From assembly GCA_051294905.1 (NCBI GenBank), contig CM119373.1:35340001-35404000 (forward strand): a DNA stretch of 64,000 nucleotides, written 5' to 3'. Every line of letters begins with the position of its first letter. Positions within the stretch are counted from its first letter, which is position 1. The stretch comes from Botryllus schlosseri (taxonomy: Eukaryota). The notes under the pieces were generated by a model. That model saw only the letters and a program-made list of their open reading frames with translations. It did no database searches and had not been told where the DNA came from. Below, piece by piece: positions 11,103 through 24,575 of this stretch. The position numbers and the translations under genes are program-made.

Positions 11103-11924
11103 CTGTGAATGGTGCCATAACTTGACGTCATATTTCTGTTTAGAATTTTTTTTTTCAGCTTTCATCTGAACTTCGAAATGAATATAAAATTGATTTCATT
11201 TACCGGTACCTCTTGCAACTTATCCATGGTGCTCAGAACCTCGGTCATACGAGCTAGTTTCCCACCATGTCAATTGTATGACATACCGTAGTTTGGAATT
11301 TAAGAAGGATCCACAGTAAAGTAGGTAATTCGATAGAAATATCTACACCCCTCCTGATATCACAAAATATGATACCATGTCATCCACGTTGTGGATTTGA
11401 ATTGAATTCCTGATGGTTGTGTTTACCTCCATGTCGTTATTTATTCCTGCATTAGTTGAAAAATTGAATTCTGTTGATCATAAGGTAATAATAATTGTAT
11501 ACAATATCAGCTATTGCGTTTGTACATATTGCTGTCTTGAGGAAGGCTTCTGTAGCCTAAGCGTACATTTGACTTTCCGTTTTTTGTTTTACATACCTAA
11601 ATGTCATTTCAGCTTTAATCTCGCACTATTGACATATTCAACACCGTGCTTGTTATCAGATGATTATGGTATAATATATTGGCATTTTCACTACCATAGC
11701 TGCAAATAATTTACTGCCATGCCATCATGTTGTATTTTTTCAGCACTGCTTTTGTTCCTCGATTAAATTATTGGATTACACTTCTGGATTTAGTTCGTTT
11801 GTTGCCATTATTGTACATATGACTTGGCTTTGTTGCAATTCATACAAATGAACAGTTCTCAAGTTATCATCTGTATCGCCCTTCATTTTCAGATAATAGT
11901 TTTGTAGTGTTAACTTGTTACCAC

Positions 11925-12197
11925 ATTTTCATCAGGCTGCAGCGTGGATCCAGTCATTTCTGGGATCTGTCGTTGCAACCTGGGACCTATCGAATGTGAA
12001 AAGATTTTCGCGAATGTGAGAAAGGTCATGGCAAAATACCGGAATATTTGCAAAACGAAGTATCGTAGCAGTGTGGTGTTGTCGTGAAGGTGCAATGATT
12101 ATCATCTCAGCCAATATCCAGTATGTCAATGTTGGCAATGAAGGTCATTTACAACTGTGGCCATATACTAACCTTTTGACTTCTAAATATGCCTCGG
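11925..12197 (+). pseudogene. C-terminal relic of F-box/LRR paralog
   Basis: Near-identical to 18-293, with an extra 16-bp deletion. Confidence 0.8.
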
Positions 12198-12425
12198 GTG
12201 CAGATAATTGTATAATTGTAATTGTATAATTTGGGTTTTTGAATGACTATGCCCAAGAATTATTGTATGTTGATTTGGATTATAGCTTTGGATTTCATGC
12301 TGGGACTGCACACCATCGAACTATCCTTCTCTTAAAATCTCCCTTTTCCCCCAATTCAAACAAGCGGTGCTCGATGTATCATTCGAATGGTATCCCTCTT
12401 CTATTTTCAGATGATGGTGTCAATA

Positions 12426-14263
12426 ATGGATGTTGTGAGTAGCTTGCCAGATGAAATGTGGTTGAAGATTCTCGAATACCTTCCACTTCATGACCGTTTT
12501 GAATGGGTCAAACTTACGAAAAAAAGGTTATTTCACCTTGCTGGAGACATATCTGCAGTCCAAGATCTCGATTTTCTCGGATGTAGTTATGTATCGAGCG
12601 ATCAGTTTTTGAAAATAATCAATCGTTCGACGGACAGTGTGAGATTTTTGTCCTTCCGGGACTGCACATGGCTCTCGAATCAAATCTGCACCACCATGCC
12701 GAGATTGAAAAATCTTGATACACTGGATATACTGGGGTGTTTCTTGAGTAGCGAAACGTTGCACAGTCTACTCCACGCTACGCGTTCCATAAAATGATTG
12801 GCTCTATCCACTACCGAACTGGTCATGAAAGATTTTTGTCTGCGGCAGTCAAAGTGTGGATTGTCACTTCAAGTATTGCATGTAGAATTTCTTGAAGATC
12901 CCGAAACATTCTACAGGTTCAATTCCAGTATGGCGCTAAAGAATTTTATCAAGAATTTTTGTCATCCAAAACCACAGTGCGTGTCAGTTCAAACGACCAA
13001 GGATTGGATTCTTTTTGATTCTAGGGATATTTTCATAGAGCCATGTCTTGACGTTTATCGAGACTTCAGCCAATTAGTGACGAGGAAAGATTATACTGAA
13101 ATGTATCAAAATCATTTACATGTTGCCGTTGCTTTACATCAAGATAACAGTGCTCTGACGACGGGTTGCTTAGATAAAGCCAGGGTACTTTGTTTCCCTA
13201 ATTGGTTGACAGAACTCGATTTGTTTGCAACTTGTTGTTGTGAAGGACGTCCCCTCCCTCACACTCTATATGAACTTGAGTATCTGGCTTGCTCAATCGT
13301 CAATTATCATCCTGTTCTAGGCCGTTCTGCCGAAGATGTTTTACTAAATCGTTGCATTCCTAATCTCACCCATCTAGACTTGGGTAGATGGCGGCGGTAT
13401 TCTGGTGTCACCAAGGGTATATGCAGGAAATTACCTTTTTTTACAAACCTTGTTGAGCTGAATGTGTGTGGGCTGGACTTGGATGCTAACATGCTCCTAT
13501 TTGCAATTAAGGGCATGAAGCATTTGAAGGGTTTGTCGTTTTTGCTACATACTCCTTTACAATGTGACCATGATCCAAAGCAGAATCTACTGAATTTTAC
13601 GGCAACTGAGACAAGGGACACTGATGCGAGTTGCAGATATTCGATATTTTTGTTACAATTGGTGAAAATTTTCGCAGATCTTGAGAAGTTGGAAATGATG
13701 TGTAGCATGGATGCCAGAAAATGCGTTGCTGTCAGTGATTTGGAACCAATTGGAATGCTGGCCAAACTTCGTTATCTATCTCTACATAGATTTCCCTTGG
13801 ACGATGTAGATCAGCTTACGAAAATCCTATCCAAGAGCACGAAAATAGGATCATTGGATCTCGGTCACTTCGAGACTGATGATGTCTGTGATTTTTCAAG
13901 GTGTTTTGCTTCATTACGCAATCTCGTTTATCTACGACTTGCACATGATGATTTGGAGTCAGTCTCAAAATTCAAAGATTTGCACATGAGTAGAAATCAT
14001 TAAAGATTAACCTTGTCTTTAAATTCCTTTTTGTCAGCAGTGTGGATCGAGTCGTTTCTGGGACTGGTCGTTGCAACGTGCGATCTGTTTTGTATGTGCC
14101 ATATCACATGTAGAAATGAGGATGCAGAAATTGAAAAGGTCATTGAAAGATACCGCAATATTTGTGAATCGAAATACCGTAAAAGGATGATATTGTCATG
14201 CAGTGATGACCGTATCAGTCACCATCCAGTTTGTCAAAGTTGGGAGGGACGGTCATTTTCGTC
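12426..14263 (+). pseudogene. Chimeric F-box/LRR pseudogene (A 5' / B middle / K-like 3')
   Basis: 5' end matches the 523 copy including TGA at 12795-12797; from 12854 matches the 5074 copy; CAA>TAA at 14001-14003; 3' end matches 44370-44640 and then loses the stop codon by deletion. Confidence 0.9.
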
Positions 14264-16739
14264 TGATTTCATTATACGTCTTGCGTTTTTCCATATATAT
14301 CAGAACGATATTGACGTTGGCGTACTATCCATGATGCCAATTGTATGACATGATTCATAATTCGAGATGGATCAAATGTGAAGAGTAGGTAGTTGAATAG
14401 AAATTTTCACAACCCTTCACAACTGATGGAGAATATGATCCGCAATAGTTCACTTAAGGCTAATTTTTTATTCATGTGATGGTCCTGTAGCTTACATGAC
14501 AAAATATGATTTACCTCATTGGCAGTTGATAGATTTATGTTGATTTTATGGTATTAACCACTATCTACATTCTACAGTATCAGCTACCATTATTGCAGTT
14601 GTTATGTATTAAGGCAGCTGTCTTCTTTCATAGATTTATGCACATAAATTTCATTCCTTGTAAAAGTGCAAGCGGTCGTTTTGTGTTGGGTGGAACACTC
14701 TAGATGTTATGGAGATCCTTTGCCAGATTATAGTCCAAATGCTGATGGCAAAGCATTAAACATTTCCTTTGTTGTTTGGATCATTGTAAGTTAAGAGTCA
14801 TTCATAATGGATTTTTATTTCGAATTTTTACACTGTGTGTTAGTATTGATTTTCACATTCCATTTCATACATGAACACTGTTATGTTCAATATTTCTCTT
14901 ATTTCTGGTACCACCTGTTGTTTCTGTTTCTGACTGTTTGCGTATTTGACATCTTGCTAGTTGTCACATGCAATGGGAATGATATATCATGATTCTAGCT
15001 AATGGTACCTTGCAATATCATTTAATAGGGCATGACTTTGAATCAGCCTGAAAAACTCCTCTGACAAGACGATGTCTGCAATCTCAAAATATTTGAAAAT
15101 GGTGTCTTCAAATCTTTATCGTAATACTGAATATTCAAGTCACAAAATTGCAGATTCTGTGTATTGCTCGAGGGGCTGAATTACATTGACACAGTATTAG
15201 CTCATAAGAAACACTTCAAATATGAAAATCCTTTATGAAATTAAGTTCAAATACTGAGGCAAACGCAAAGAACTTGGTCCACGGTATTGGTGTCACCGCA
15301 GATATGGTATTAAATAAGTTGACCATCTTGAGTGATGGAATTTTATTTGCAATGTTGGCACCGTGTTATAGTGTTCATTTCTACATTCTATATCATTCAT
15401 GAACACGGTAGTGTTAATTAGTGCTGTTATTTCAACCCTCGGCTTCTGTTTTGACTAGAAATTTGGCGCCTTACCTGTTACTGGTATGATTCATCATTAT
15501 TCTACCTGGCGGTACCTTGCAGTATTATCATGTATGGCTTGAATTTGATGTAGTCTAAAAACTCCTATACAGTAACTAAAATGTGTCTTCAAACCGTGAT
15601 CCTTCTCCTTAACATTCAAGACGTAAAATTGCAGTTTTTCTATATTGCTCGGACTGCTTATCTACAATTTCACAGTATTAACTCTCATTCAAAGCTATGT
15701 GGAAAAATTCATAAATTACTCAACCTAATTACTGTAAAAGTGTCGTGTGCTAATTAAGCACCAGATTGTGTCAGTGTGATTTCATCAGTTCATCATGCCA
15801 AATGCAAAGCACCGCATTGTCTTTCCGTACTTTCCTTCCCTGTGACTAATATTTTATTCATGACTCCTGACTTAGCATTGTGATATCAAGTTTTCTTTGG
15901 TGTTAATTGTTGACATTGTGATAACGCCTATTATATTTCTTTGTTGACAGAAGCTATTAAGTTAGATGAGTCTATGAAGGAAAACTTTCTTCTGAATTGA
16001 ATAAGTCTGTGGCATTTGCTAATCAAGGATCGTTTGGACCAGTGCCGGAGTGTTAGTAAAGCAGGTAAACTACATTTAATTATCGTGACTCCAGATAGGC
16101 CATTGGCCCTTGTCCTTAGTTCTACAGAGCTGCCTAGCAGTACTGCCTTATTCAGAGTATTGTAAAGTTAGCTTTGTAGAGCTGGGCTACTTGTCGGCGA
16201 TGCCCGTGCTTTACCTCCCTATTGGATATTGTCACTCCCTATGTATATGTAATTAGTAGTGTAGTGTCACAGGCCGCCCTGACTTCTGTATATTCAGTTA
16301 TTAAATATGTGCCAGTTCTTGTGTAATCTGTATGACCTATTTAGTCATCATCATTTAGTACATCAGGTAAACTACATTTAATAATCGTGATTCCTGATAG
16401 CCCATTTGTCCTGTGGTCTGCCTTATTCAGATTTTCGTAAAGTTAGCTTTGTAAAGCTTGCCTGTGTTTGACCTCCCTTTGTATATGTATGTAGTGTCAC
16501 AGGCCACCCGGCTTCGGTATTTTCAGTTATTAAATTCGTGCCAGTTCTTGTGTAATCTGTATAACTTATTTAGTCATTACATGTCCTTAAAGCTGGTTCC
16601 GTAGGGGATATTTCTGTAAGGTTGTATCGAACATTTGGCTACTTCTATCAATATTAGCTTTTCCACCGTTGAAATATTTCAGATGCAAAACCTAGACTAC
16701 ACTACTAATTTTAACCTCGAGCAGAGGTGCAGTACAATG

Positions 16740-17179
16740 CAGGGTTATGAACAAGGATTTCAACATTCGAATCTGAATCAAGTAATAGTGTCAATGCGAT
16801 CGAGTCGGGTAGTGAGAGATCATTTTTTTCGACTATTGAAATTTCACGATCCATGCTACTAAAGAGTTATTTTATCAATGAATTTATAGTTTCGATAGTA
16901 ATTTCAAAAGTGGAAGGTTTCAAATCTCAATTAATCGTGTCATAGACGTATGCTAAAGATTAAACATGTATTACGAAGCTATAAATTACCCTCATGTGGT
17001 GTACAATTGGTATTATATTCTTTGCTGCGATTGCATAGGAGGTAGCTACATATTTGAACTTTCCACATCTTTCGTACTGGTATGACATCACAATTAGCGA
17101 TATTCAAATACTCGACTCGTAGCCTAGTAGGGCCTACTCGATTCAGAATTGAATCACTCAAGTATTTGATTTCGCCCTA
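16740..17179 (+). mobile_element. Ancient intronic hAT-type MITE with residual TSD
   Basis: Flanks gtacaatg (16732-16739) and gtaccaag (17180-17187) match at 6/8; right end gattcagaattgaatcactcaagtatttgatttcgcccta matches the reverse complement of the 36797 end. Confidence 0.7.
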
Positions 17180-17261
17180 GTACCAAGTGAAGATGATTGT
17201 GTAAAAGTATTAGTCCAAAACACGCTAAATTGTACGATATGGATTTTTGAATGACTACGCT

Positions 17262-18958
17262 CAGGGGCGTAGACAGCGGGGAATAATCGGTGTCCAATAT
17301 CCCCCGTTCCCAAGCTCAAACTACCCCTCCTCTTGAATCCAAAATTTAGCTCTCTGTTATTATCTTAGTATAATCACTTAATGCTCATTCGTGATTAGAT
17401 GCCCAATCAGCGTCTTCACAGAACAATAAATGCGACGATACCCCTTTTTCTCCTATTCCTCTCTCGTCTGTGACAGCGGGAGTAATTAGCGTATCACATT
17501 ACATTGCAGCCGACCTAGGCTTGTATTGTTAGATAGGCTTACCATATTTTGGAAATCAAAAAAGAGGACACTTTTTCAGAAATTTGCAACTTGCAAAACC
17601 GGAGTGAAATTCTCAAGAATCGGTTAATTTTTCCCACTTTGTGATCGGTTGACTAAAATAAAAAAAAAAAAAAAAAAAAAAGGTCATCTTTTCCGCTCAG
17701 ATCTCAAAATAACGTTTTTTACTGCACATCGCTAGTTGGATGACTACAAAAAAAAAAAAAAAGGTCATCTCTCCGCTCAGAGCTAAATTCACCGTTTTTC
17801 ACCCGTCGGAGCTTCACTTCTGTGCTACTATGTGGCATATCACTCGCAATTTCCTCTAAATCTGCTCTAAATCCTAAAAAAGAGGACAAAATCTCAAAAA
17901 AGAGGACAAAAGGGCGTCCTCCGAGGACACTTTCAAAAAAGTCAAAAAAGAGGACAAATCCTCTTAAAAGAGGACGTATGGTAAGCCTATTGTTAGAGAT
18001 AGCAGATCCCTAAAGAACCAAATCAGATTGTACTAATCAAATGTCCAATGTGGAATCTATTATGTATCGATCCAATTTGCGTTGATTTAGTTCGGTTGTT
18101 GCGTAGATTTCCAGTCTTTGCGTGTCTCGGGCCTCTGACACATCTGCTGATTGTCCTGTTTGAATGCGCTTGGCTACATGGCCAATAGTAGAAACATTGG
18201 AGGCTAGGAAAATCAGGCCACTTTGTGACTCGAGGCGCGTGATAGTGCTATCAATGTTCGATGTAATGTTGTAATGATGAGAAGTTGTAGTCTTGGCCTG
18301 GACAATTTGCGATTGTCACGTTTGCACCGCAAACGCATTTGGGAATGCTTTTTGGTTGCAGCCTGAGCCTGCGCCGGGCCGCTGTTATTCACCAGATACA
18401 ATGGCACAAGCTCAAGCGTTATTTGGTCTTTACTATCTCCACACACCAAAATACTACACCATCTTAGCAGACAGTAGACATCACATTGATTCAAAATAAA
18501 TTTAATCCAGATCATGTGCAATAACAGACAACAAGCTACAAAAGAACACAGGCTAATTCATTTGCGCATCTTCGCTGTTCATATTTGATCGCAGAATTGA
18601 GACATCTCGGCCGTGCTGTAATATGATCTCCACGAGATATTTCTTGATAATGATCCTCGCTTTGGTAATTAGGTCATGATAACTCACTGTCTCTCTTTCT
18701 GCAGTTATCTTAGGTTACGGGTTGTGGTGTTGTATTTAAATCGTGCAACTGGGTTATATATATGTGAATGATGAAGTCACAAACGCAAGGAATATTATCT
18801 GACCATTGTAATATCTGCATTTGTGTATACAATTAACCTGATGAATCGATTAGAGCTCGGAACATCCAATTTTTGAAGCATTCTCCTTTTTAAAAAAAAT
18901 ACCCCCCCCTTTTTTTTTATAAATATCCCCCGTTATTTCTCGGCTGGCTACGCCCCTG
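17262..18958. mobile_element. Non-autonomous hAT DNA transposon, 1.7 kb
   Basis: TIRs CAGGGGCGTAGACAGC / GCTGGCTACGCCCCTG; perfect 8-bp TSD actacgct (17254-17261, 18959-18966); no transposase ORF. Confidence 0.9.
17534..17989. mobile_element. Nested hAT MITE, 456 bp
   Basis: 13-bp TIR TAGGCTTACCATA / TATGGTAAGCCTA; perfect 8-bp TSD ttgttaga (17526-17533, 17990-17997); subterminal GAGGAC repeats and poly-A tracts. Confidence 0.92.
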
Positions 18959-19129
18959 ACTACGCTCATGAGCTTGTGCGTGTTGAGTTGGAGTATATAG
19001 CTTTGGATTTGATATATGGACTACGCGTTTTCGCACTAGCCTTCTATTAAAATCTACCCTCGAAATTCAAATAAGCAGTGTTCTATATATCATTCCAATT
19101 GTATCACCCTGCTATTTTTAGATGACAGT

Positions 19130-19487
19130 GGCGTGGTGCGCACGACATGGCCGTTTGCCTGAGCAATCACATCTATAATAGGCCTCGTGTGCAAGATATC
19201 GTCGCTGACCTGAATTATCGCGTTGCGAGCCTCGCAGGCATTGGCTACTATCTACTATCGTTTAAGACAATGCTGTTAAGTGTATAATGATTAGCAATCG
19301 TTATGTCATTATTGCTCAACAGTGACATCGCAAAACAGAATGACATCGAATACTAAAACATAACTATTCATGTAGTGCGAATGCAGGGTGTGTACTATAC
19401 ATGGGTACAGGCTTTTTCCCTGAATTTACACGCCATTTTAAGGGTGCGTATTATACATGGGGGCGCACTATATTCGGAAAATTACGG
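19130..19487. mobile_element. Left-truncated copy of the pogo-like MITE family
   Basis: Homologous to about 4490-4810; ends ...cggaaaattacgg followed by TA. Confidence 0.8.
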
Positions 19488-19738
19488 TACTTGATATTGG
19501 ACATAATTATAGGCTATTACAAAGCTCTAAATTACCTTCATGTGGTGTCTAATTTGTATTTGGGAATATAGCTTTGAATTTCATGCGTGAACTGCACACC
19601 ATCGCACTAGCCTTCTCTAAAAATCTCCCCTTTTTTTCTCATTCAAATAAGCATTTCTCCATATATCATTCCAATGGTATCACCATTCTATTTTCAGATG
19701 ATAGTGTGGAGTTGAAGCTTTTTGTTAAAGATTTCATA

Positions 19739-21628
19739 ATGGATATGGTGAGCAGCTTGCCAGATGAAATGTGGTTGAAGATTCTCGAATACCTACCACT
19801 GCATGATCGTCTTAACTGGGTCAAATTTACGAACAAACGGTTTTTTCACCTTGCTGGAGACATATCTGCAGTACAAGAACTCGATTTTCACGGATGTAGT
19901 TATGTATCGAACGATCTGTTTTCGAAGATCATCAATTGTTCAAAAGATAGTGTGAGATTATTATCTTTCCGTGATTGCCCTTGGCTCTCGGATGAAATCT
20001 GCACCACTATGCCAAGATTGAAAAATCTTGTTACGCTGGATATATTGGGGTGTTTCTTGACCAGCGAAACATTACACAGTCTTCTTCGTGCCACTCGCTC
20101 CATAAAAAAACTGGCTCTATCCACTACAGAACTGGTCATGAAAGATTTTTGTCGGTTGCAGTCAAAACGCGGATTGTCACTTCGAGTGATACATGTAGAA
20201 TTGCTTCACGATCCCGGAAAAGTCCGTAGTGACGAAACCAGAACGGTGTTCAAGAATTTTATCAAGACATGCTGTCATTCTAGACCACACTGCGTTACGG
20301 TCCAAACGCTGAAGAACTTATACTTTAATTTAAAAGATATTTTGATTGAGGCAAATCGTGCGCTTTATCGAGACTACTTTCGAACAGTGAGGAGTATAGC
20401 TTGTGATCGAACTTACGGAACTAAGATACTGACTGCTGTTGCTTTACATAGAGCTGTCAGTCCTCTGTCGGCGGATTGCTTAGATGAAGCTCGGGTACTC
20501 TGCCTTCCTATGCAGAAAAGCCGTGATAAGGTGCTCGCATCATGTTATTGTAAAGGAGAACACCTGTCTATTGCACTACATGTACTGGAGTATCTGATTT
20601 GCTCGCGGGATGAATATATTGATGATCCAGATTCTGCTGAGGCAGTTTTGCTAAATTGCCGTATCCCGAAACTGACACATCTAAACTTATTCACCAGTTA
20701 CCGAAGTATTCCCTGCCATTTCACCGAAGTATTCCAGGGTATATGCAAGAAATTACCAGCTTTCACAAACCTTGTTGAGCTGAATGTGTGTTGGCTGGAG
20801 CTGCCTGCTAACATGCTTCTATTGGCAATCATGGACATGAAACATTTGAAAGGTTTGTCTTTTTCGCTCCATCTTCCTATACAATGTGACCCGGATCCAG
20901 AGCAAGACGTCATGAATTTTACAGCTGAGACAAGAGACACCGATGAAAGTTGCAGATATTCGATATTTTTGTTGAAATTGGTGAGAAATTTTCCGGATTT
21001 GGAAAAGTTAGAAATGATATGTAGCATGGATGCCCGAAAATCCGTTGCTGTCAGTGATTTGGAACCGATTGGTATGCTGGCCAAACTTCGTTATCTATCT
21101 CTACACAGATTTATTTTGGACGATGTACATAAGCTTGCAAATATCCTATCCAGAAGCACAAAGATATCATCATTGGAGCTTGGTCACTTTGAGACTGATG
21201 TTGAATGTGATTTTTCAAAGTGTTTTGCTTCATTACACCATCTCATTTATCTACGACTTGCCCATCGTGATTTACAGTCTGTATCGAAATTCCGCGATTT
21301 GCACATGAGTAGAAATCTTCAAAGATTCACTTTTCGTTGAGAGCACGCATTGTCACCAGCGTGGATCGAGTCATTTCTGGGACCTGTCGTTGCAACTTGT
21401 GATCTGTTTTGTATGTGCCATATCGAATGTGGAAATGGGGATGAGGAGGTGGTGAAAAGGGTCATTGCAAAATACCGGAATATTTGTGAATTGAAATACC
21501 GTAACAGGGTGATATTGTCATGTAGTGACAAACGCATCAGGCAACATCCAGTGTGCCAAAGTTGGCAGGGACGCTCGTTCTCAACTGTTGCCACATGCAG
21601 CCCTTTTGACTTCATATAGACACCATGA
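19739..21628 (+). pseudogene. F-box/LRR pseudogene or C-terminally truncated paralog, type E
   Basis: Open for about 530 codons, then in-frame TGA at 21338-21340 (TCA in paralogs) and TAG at 21617-21619; no frameshift. Confidence 0.8.
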
Positions 21629-22815
21629 CTGTGAATGGTGCCATAACTTGACGTCATATTTCTGTTCATAATTTTGTTTTTTTAGTTTTTATCTGAACTG
21701 CTATTTTATTTGAAATACATATAAAAGTGATTTCATTTACCGGTACCTCTTTCAATTTATCCATCCTCGGTCATGCAGGCTAACTTCCCACCATGTCAAT
21801 TGTATGACACGGTCCATAATTTTTAAAAAGATCCAAAGTGAAGGAGGTAGTTCGATGGAAATATCTACACCTCTCCTGACATCACCAAATACGATCCGGT
21901 GTGATCCACTTTGTGAATTTTAATTGAATTTCTGATGGTCGTGTTTAGCTCCATGCCATTAATTTATTTATTTCAGCATTAGTAGTAAAATTGAATTCTG
22001 TTGATCCTAAGGTTATGATAACTGTATACAATATCAGATATTGCGGTTGTATATATCGCTGTCTTGAGGAACGCTTCTGTAGCCTATGTATACATTTGGC
22101 TCTTCGTTTTTTTATTTTTATACCTAAATGTCATTTGAAGGGAGTGAGTGAGTAAGTAGGTGTCTGGATTTGGGTGAAAAGCTTCAATGTTATAAAACAT
22201 CGTTTGCCAAATGAAGCTCACATACTGGGGTAAAGCAAAGAACCATGTCCTCATTGTTGGTTTCACCTCATATAGGGTGTTAAATTGATGTTCATGCCCC
22301 CCCCCCCTTCCCCCCGTGCATGAATAATTTTTATTTACTATGGTTAAATTGTTCAGTGTTCAATAGTATTCATTAACGCATTTAATTTCATACCACAGTC
22401 TTGTGTTGATTTTTGCGGTTTTTTTCATTTGCGTTTCTTTGTCTCACACTATTAACGCATTCGAGACCGTGTTTTTTATCAAATGCATATGGTATAATAT
22501 ATTAGTATTTTCTTACTATAGCTGCAAATAAATTACTGCCATCATGTCGTATTGTATTCACACTCCTTTTGTTCGTCGCTTCAATTTTCTGATTACAGCT
22601 CAGGATTTAGTTCGTGGGTTGCCATTATTGTGCATATAATGATTGTGTTTATTACACACTAAATCGCACAAACTTGAAAATCATCCCTTTGTTGCAATTC
22701 ATACAAATGCAGAGTTATCATGTCCATTTTATTCATACTGTATCGCCCTTCATTTTCAGACGTTAGTTTTTTAGTTTTAACTTGTTACCACTTTTTCATC
22801 TGTAAGGATTTGACA

Positions 22816-23079
22816 ATGGATATTGTGAGCAGGTTGCCTGATGAAATGTGGACAAAGATTCTCGATTATCTCCCAGTACACGACCGTCTCGAATGGGTGA
22901 AATACACAAACAAAAGATTTTTTCAGCTTGCTGGAGATGTCTCTGCTGTCCAAAATCTCGATTTTCGTGGACGTAGTTATGTGTCCAATAGCATGTTTCA
23001 GAAAATACTCAATTGTTCAAAAGACAGTGTGAGATTTTTATCTTTCCGGGACTGCGCTTGGCTCTCGAATGAAATTTGC
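22816..23079 (+). pseudogene. N-terminal fragment (F-box plus about 2 LRRs)
   Basis: MDIVSRLPDEMWTKILDYLPVHDRLEW...NEIC, then fused to spacer sequence homologous to about 61512. Confidence 0.85.
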
Positions 23080-23230
23080 GCTTTTGGAGCATTGTGCAAT
23101 TTGTAGAGATCTCATCTTGAAAACGCATCTGAACGAGTCATGGAAATTTATTCTTTCCACAAATGTAATACCGCGCTATAGATTAAATAATGCACAAATT
23201 CTACAATATTGTGTCACTCGAACACAACGG

Positions 23231-24343
23231 CAGGGGTGGGCAATTATTTTCCTCCACGGGCCAAACAAGAAAAATAAATACATTGGCGGGCTGAGTGAAA
23301 ATTTTAGCTATATTCTCTGGCGTATGTTAATTTTATTTGCAAATTACATTGTTAATAAATGCGGCTCAGTGAATGTGTTGATATATTAGGTAATGAGAAA
23401 GTGACAGTTCAAAATAGCTATTTGCTGTCATGATTCAAAACAATGTTGAACATGATACATTTTAGCTCCATGTTCCTCTATTAAGAATCTAAAACAGTGG
23501 TTCTCAAAATTTTTTAGGCACACCTCCCTTAACGATAGCGAACAATTTGGCGCCCCCTTGTTATGATATCACAAAATATTAAAAAGTGCAACCAACGGAT
23601 AGTTTGATGGCATGGACGATTCTAGCTTTTGATGAGAGAATTGTGATATACAATGTCGGACAATACACAGAGCAACAACTATAAGCTGGCTGTGTATCGC
23701 GCATAGCTTCGCCCTCCCTTGACCGAGTGTTTCGTGTTTTTGTCATAAGACTGACTTTAATTAAAATCCTTGATCTCGACGACATGCTCGGCAAAAACCG
23801 AAAGTACAGGTTTACCCCCGACTCCAGTATACGAATATTTAGTTCTCTAAATTCTTAGCCTAAACCTTTTTTGAATTTCAATTTTCGGCATGGCATCCTT
23901 TATGGGTAGTAGATATGATGACTCGTATAGTAATCGCAAGCACTGATTGACTTGTTTTACGAATTGGGATTTGGAAACATATCACGTAACAAATTGGAAC
24001 ACATGCCATATAATGCGTAATGTGAAAATGGCAACCAATAAGGTTTGCACTAAACTATATGGAAAGAGTGATTTTTGTGATTTCAATTGATTCTTATACT
24101 TTGCCACATTGCCTTTATTTTAAATCTGGATTACGCATGTCAGATACGTAGGCAGCGCAATCGTGGTATATTAATGAACAGGCTTCAAAGTAAACGACTT
24201 TCCTGTTCATTTGATACAGCCTATGGCTTTAGTCATTCAAAATGCAAGTTTATTGTTTTGAATTCCAAGCAACACTTCACGGTCCGCACAAATTGGCTTC
24301 GCGGGCCGCATTTGGCCCGCGGGCCGCACTTTGCCCAGGTCTG
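23231..24343. mobile_element. hAT (Charlie-like) non-autonomous element, 1.1 kb
   Basis: Ends CAGGGGTGGGCAA / TTGCCCAGGTCTG; right TSD gtcaacgg, left retains caacgg after an adjacent deletion; internal orphan CAGTGGTTCTCAA end at 23495. Confidence 0.75.
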
Positions 24344-24575
24344 GTCAACGGGTTTCTGTATCTTCATTTGGTAAATTTGTACCAGCTCTTGTGTAATCTT
24401 TATGAGCTATTGAATCATTGCATCTCCTCAAAGCTGGGGTCGTAGCTGATATTTCTGTAAGGGTATGTTAATTATTTAGCTGCTAACTGCTATTGGTATT
24501 ATTTTTACTTCCATTGTAATATTCCAAATTCATAACCTAGATTACGGTACCAATTTTCACCTTGAGCAAAGGCGC

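Noticed and set aside
11120-11132. CRE site TGACGTCA just after some stop codons
   Set aside because: Present in only a subset of related units by descent; a single 8-mer gives no independent support.
11413-11709. 98-aa spacer ORF repeated at 27501
   Set aside because: Repeats only because it lies in a recent block duplication; not open in other homologous spacers.
18000-18900. Transposase or cargo gene inside the 1.7-kb hAT element (ORFs 18213, 18293)
   Set aside because: Short, no DDE or BED motifs, composition not protein-like.
19574-19738. Long N-terminal extensions in the ORF track (19574, 28344, 484, 12387, 33766)
   Set aside because: They lie upstream of the conserved TTTTCAG acceptor in presumed intron and are not conserved as open frames.
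892-21340. Selenocysteine or programmed read-through at in-frame TGA codons (892, 1726, 12795, 21338)
   Set aside because: They replace Arg, Gly and Ser rather than Cys. The same copies also carry TAA/TAG stops, deletions or a broken acceptor, and no convincing SECIS was seen.
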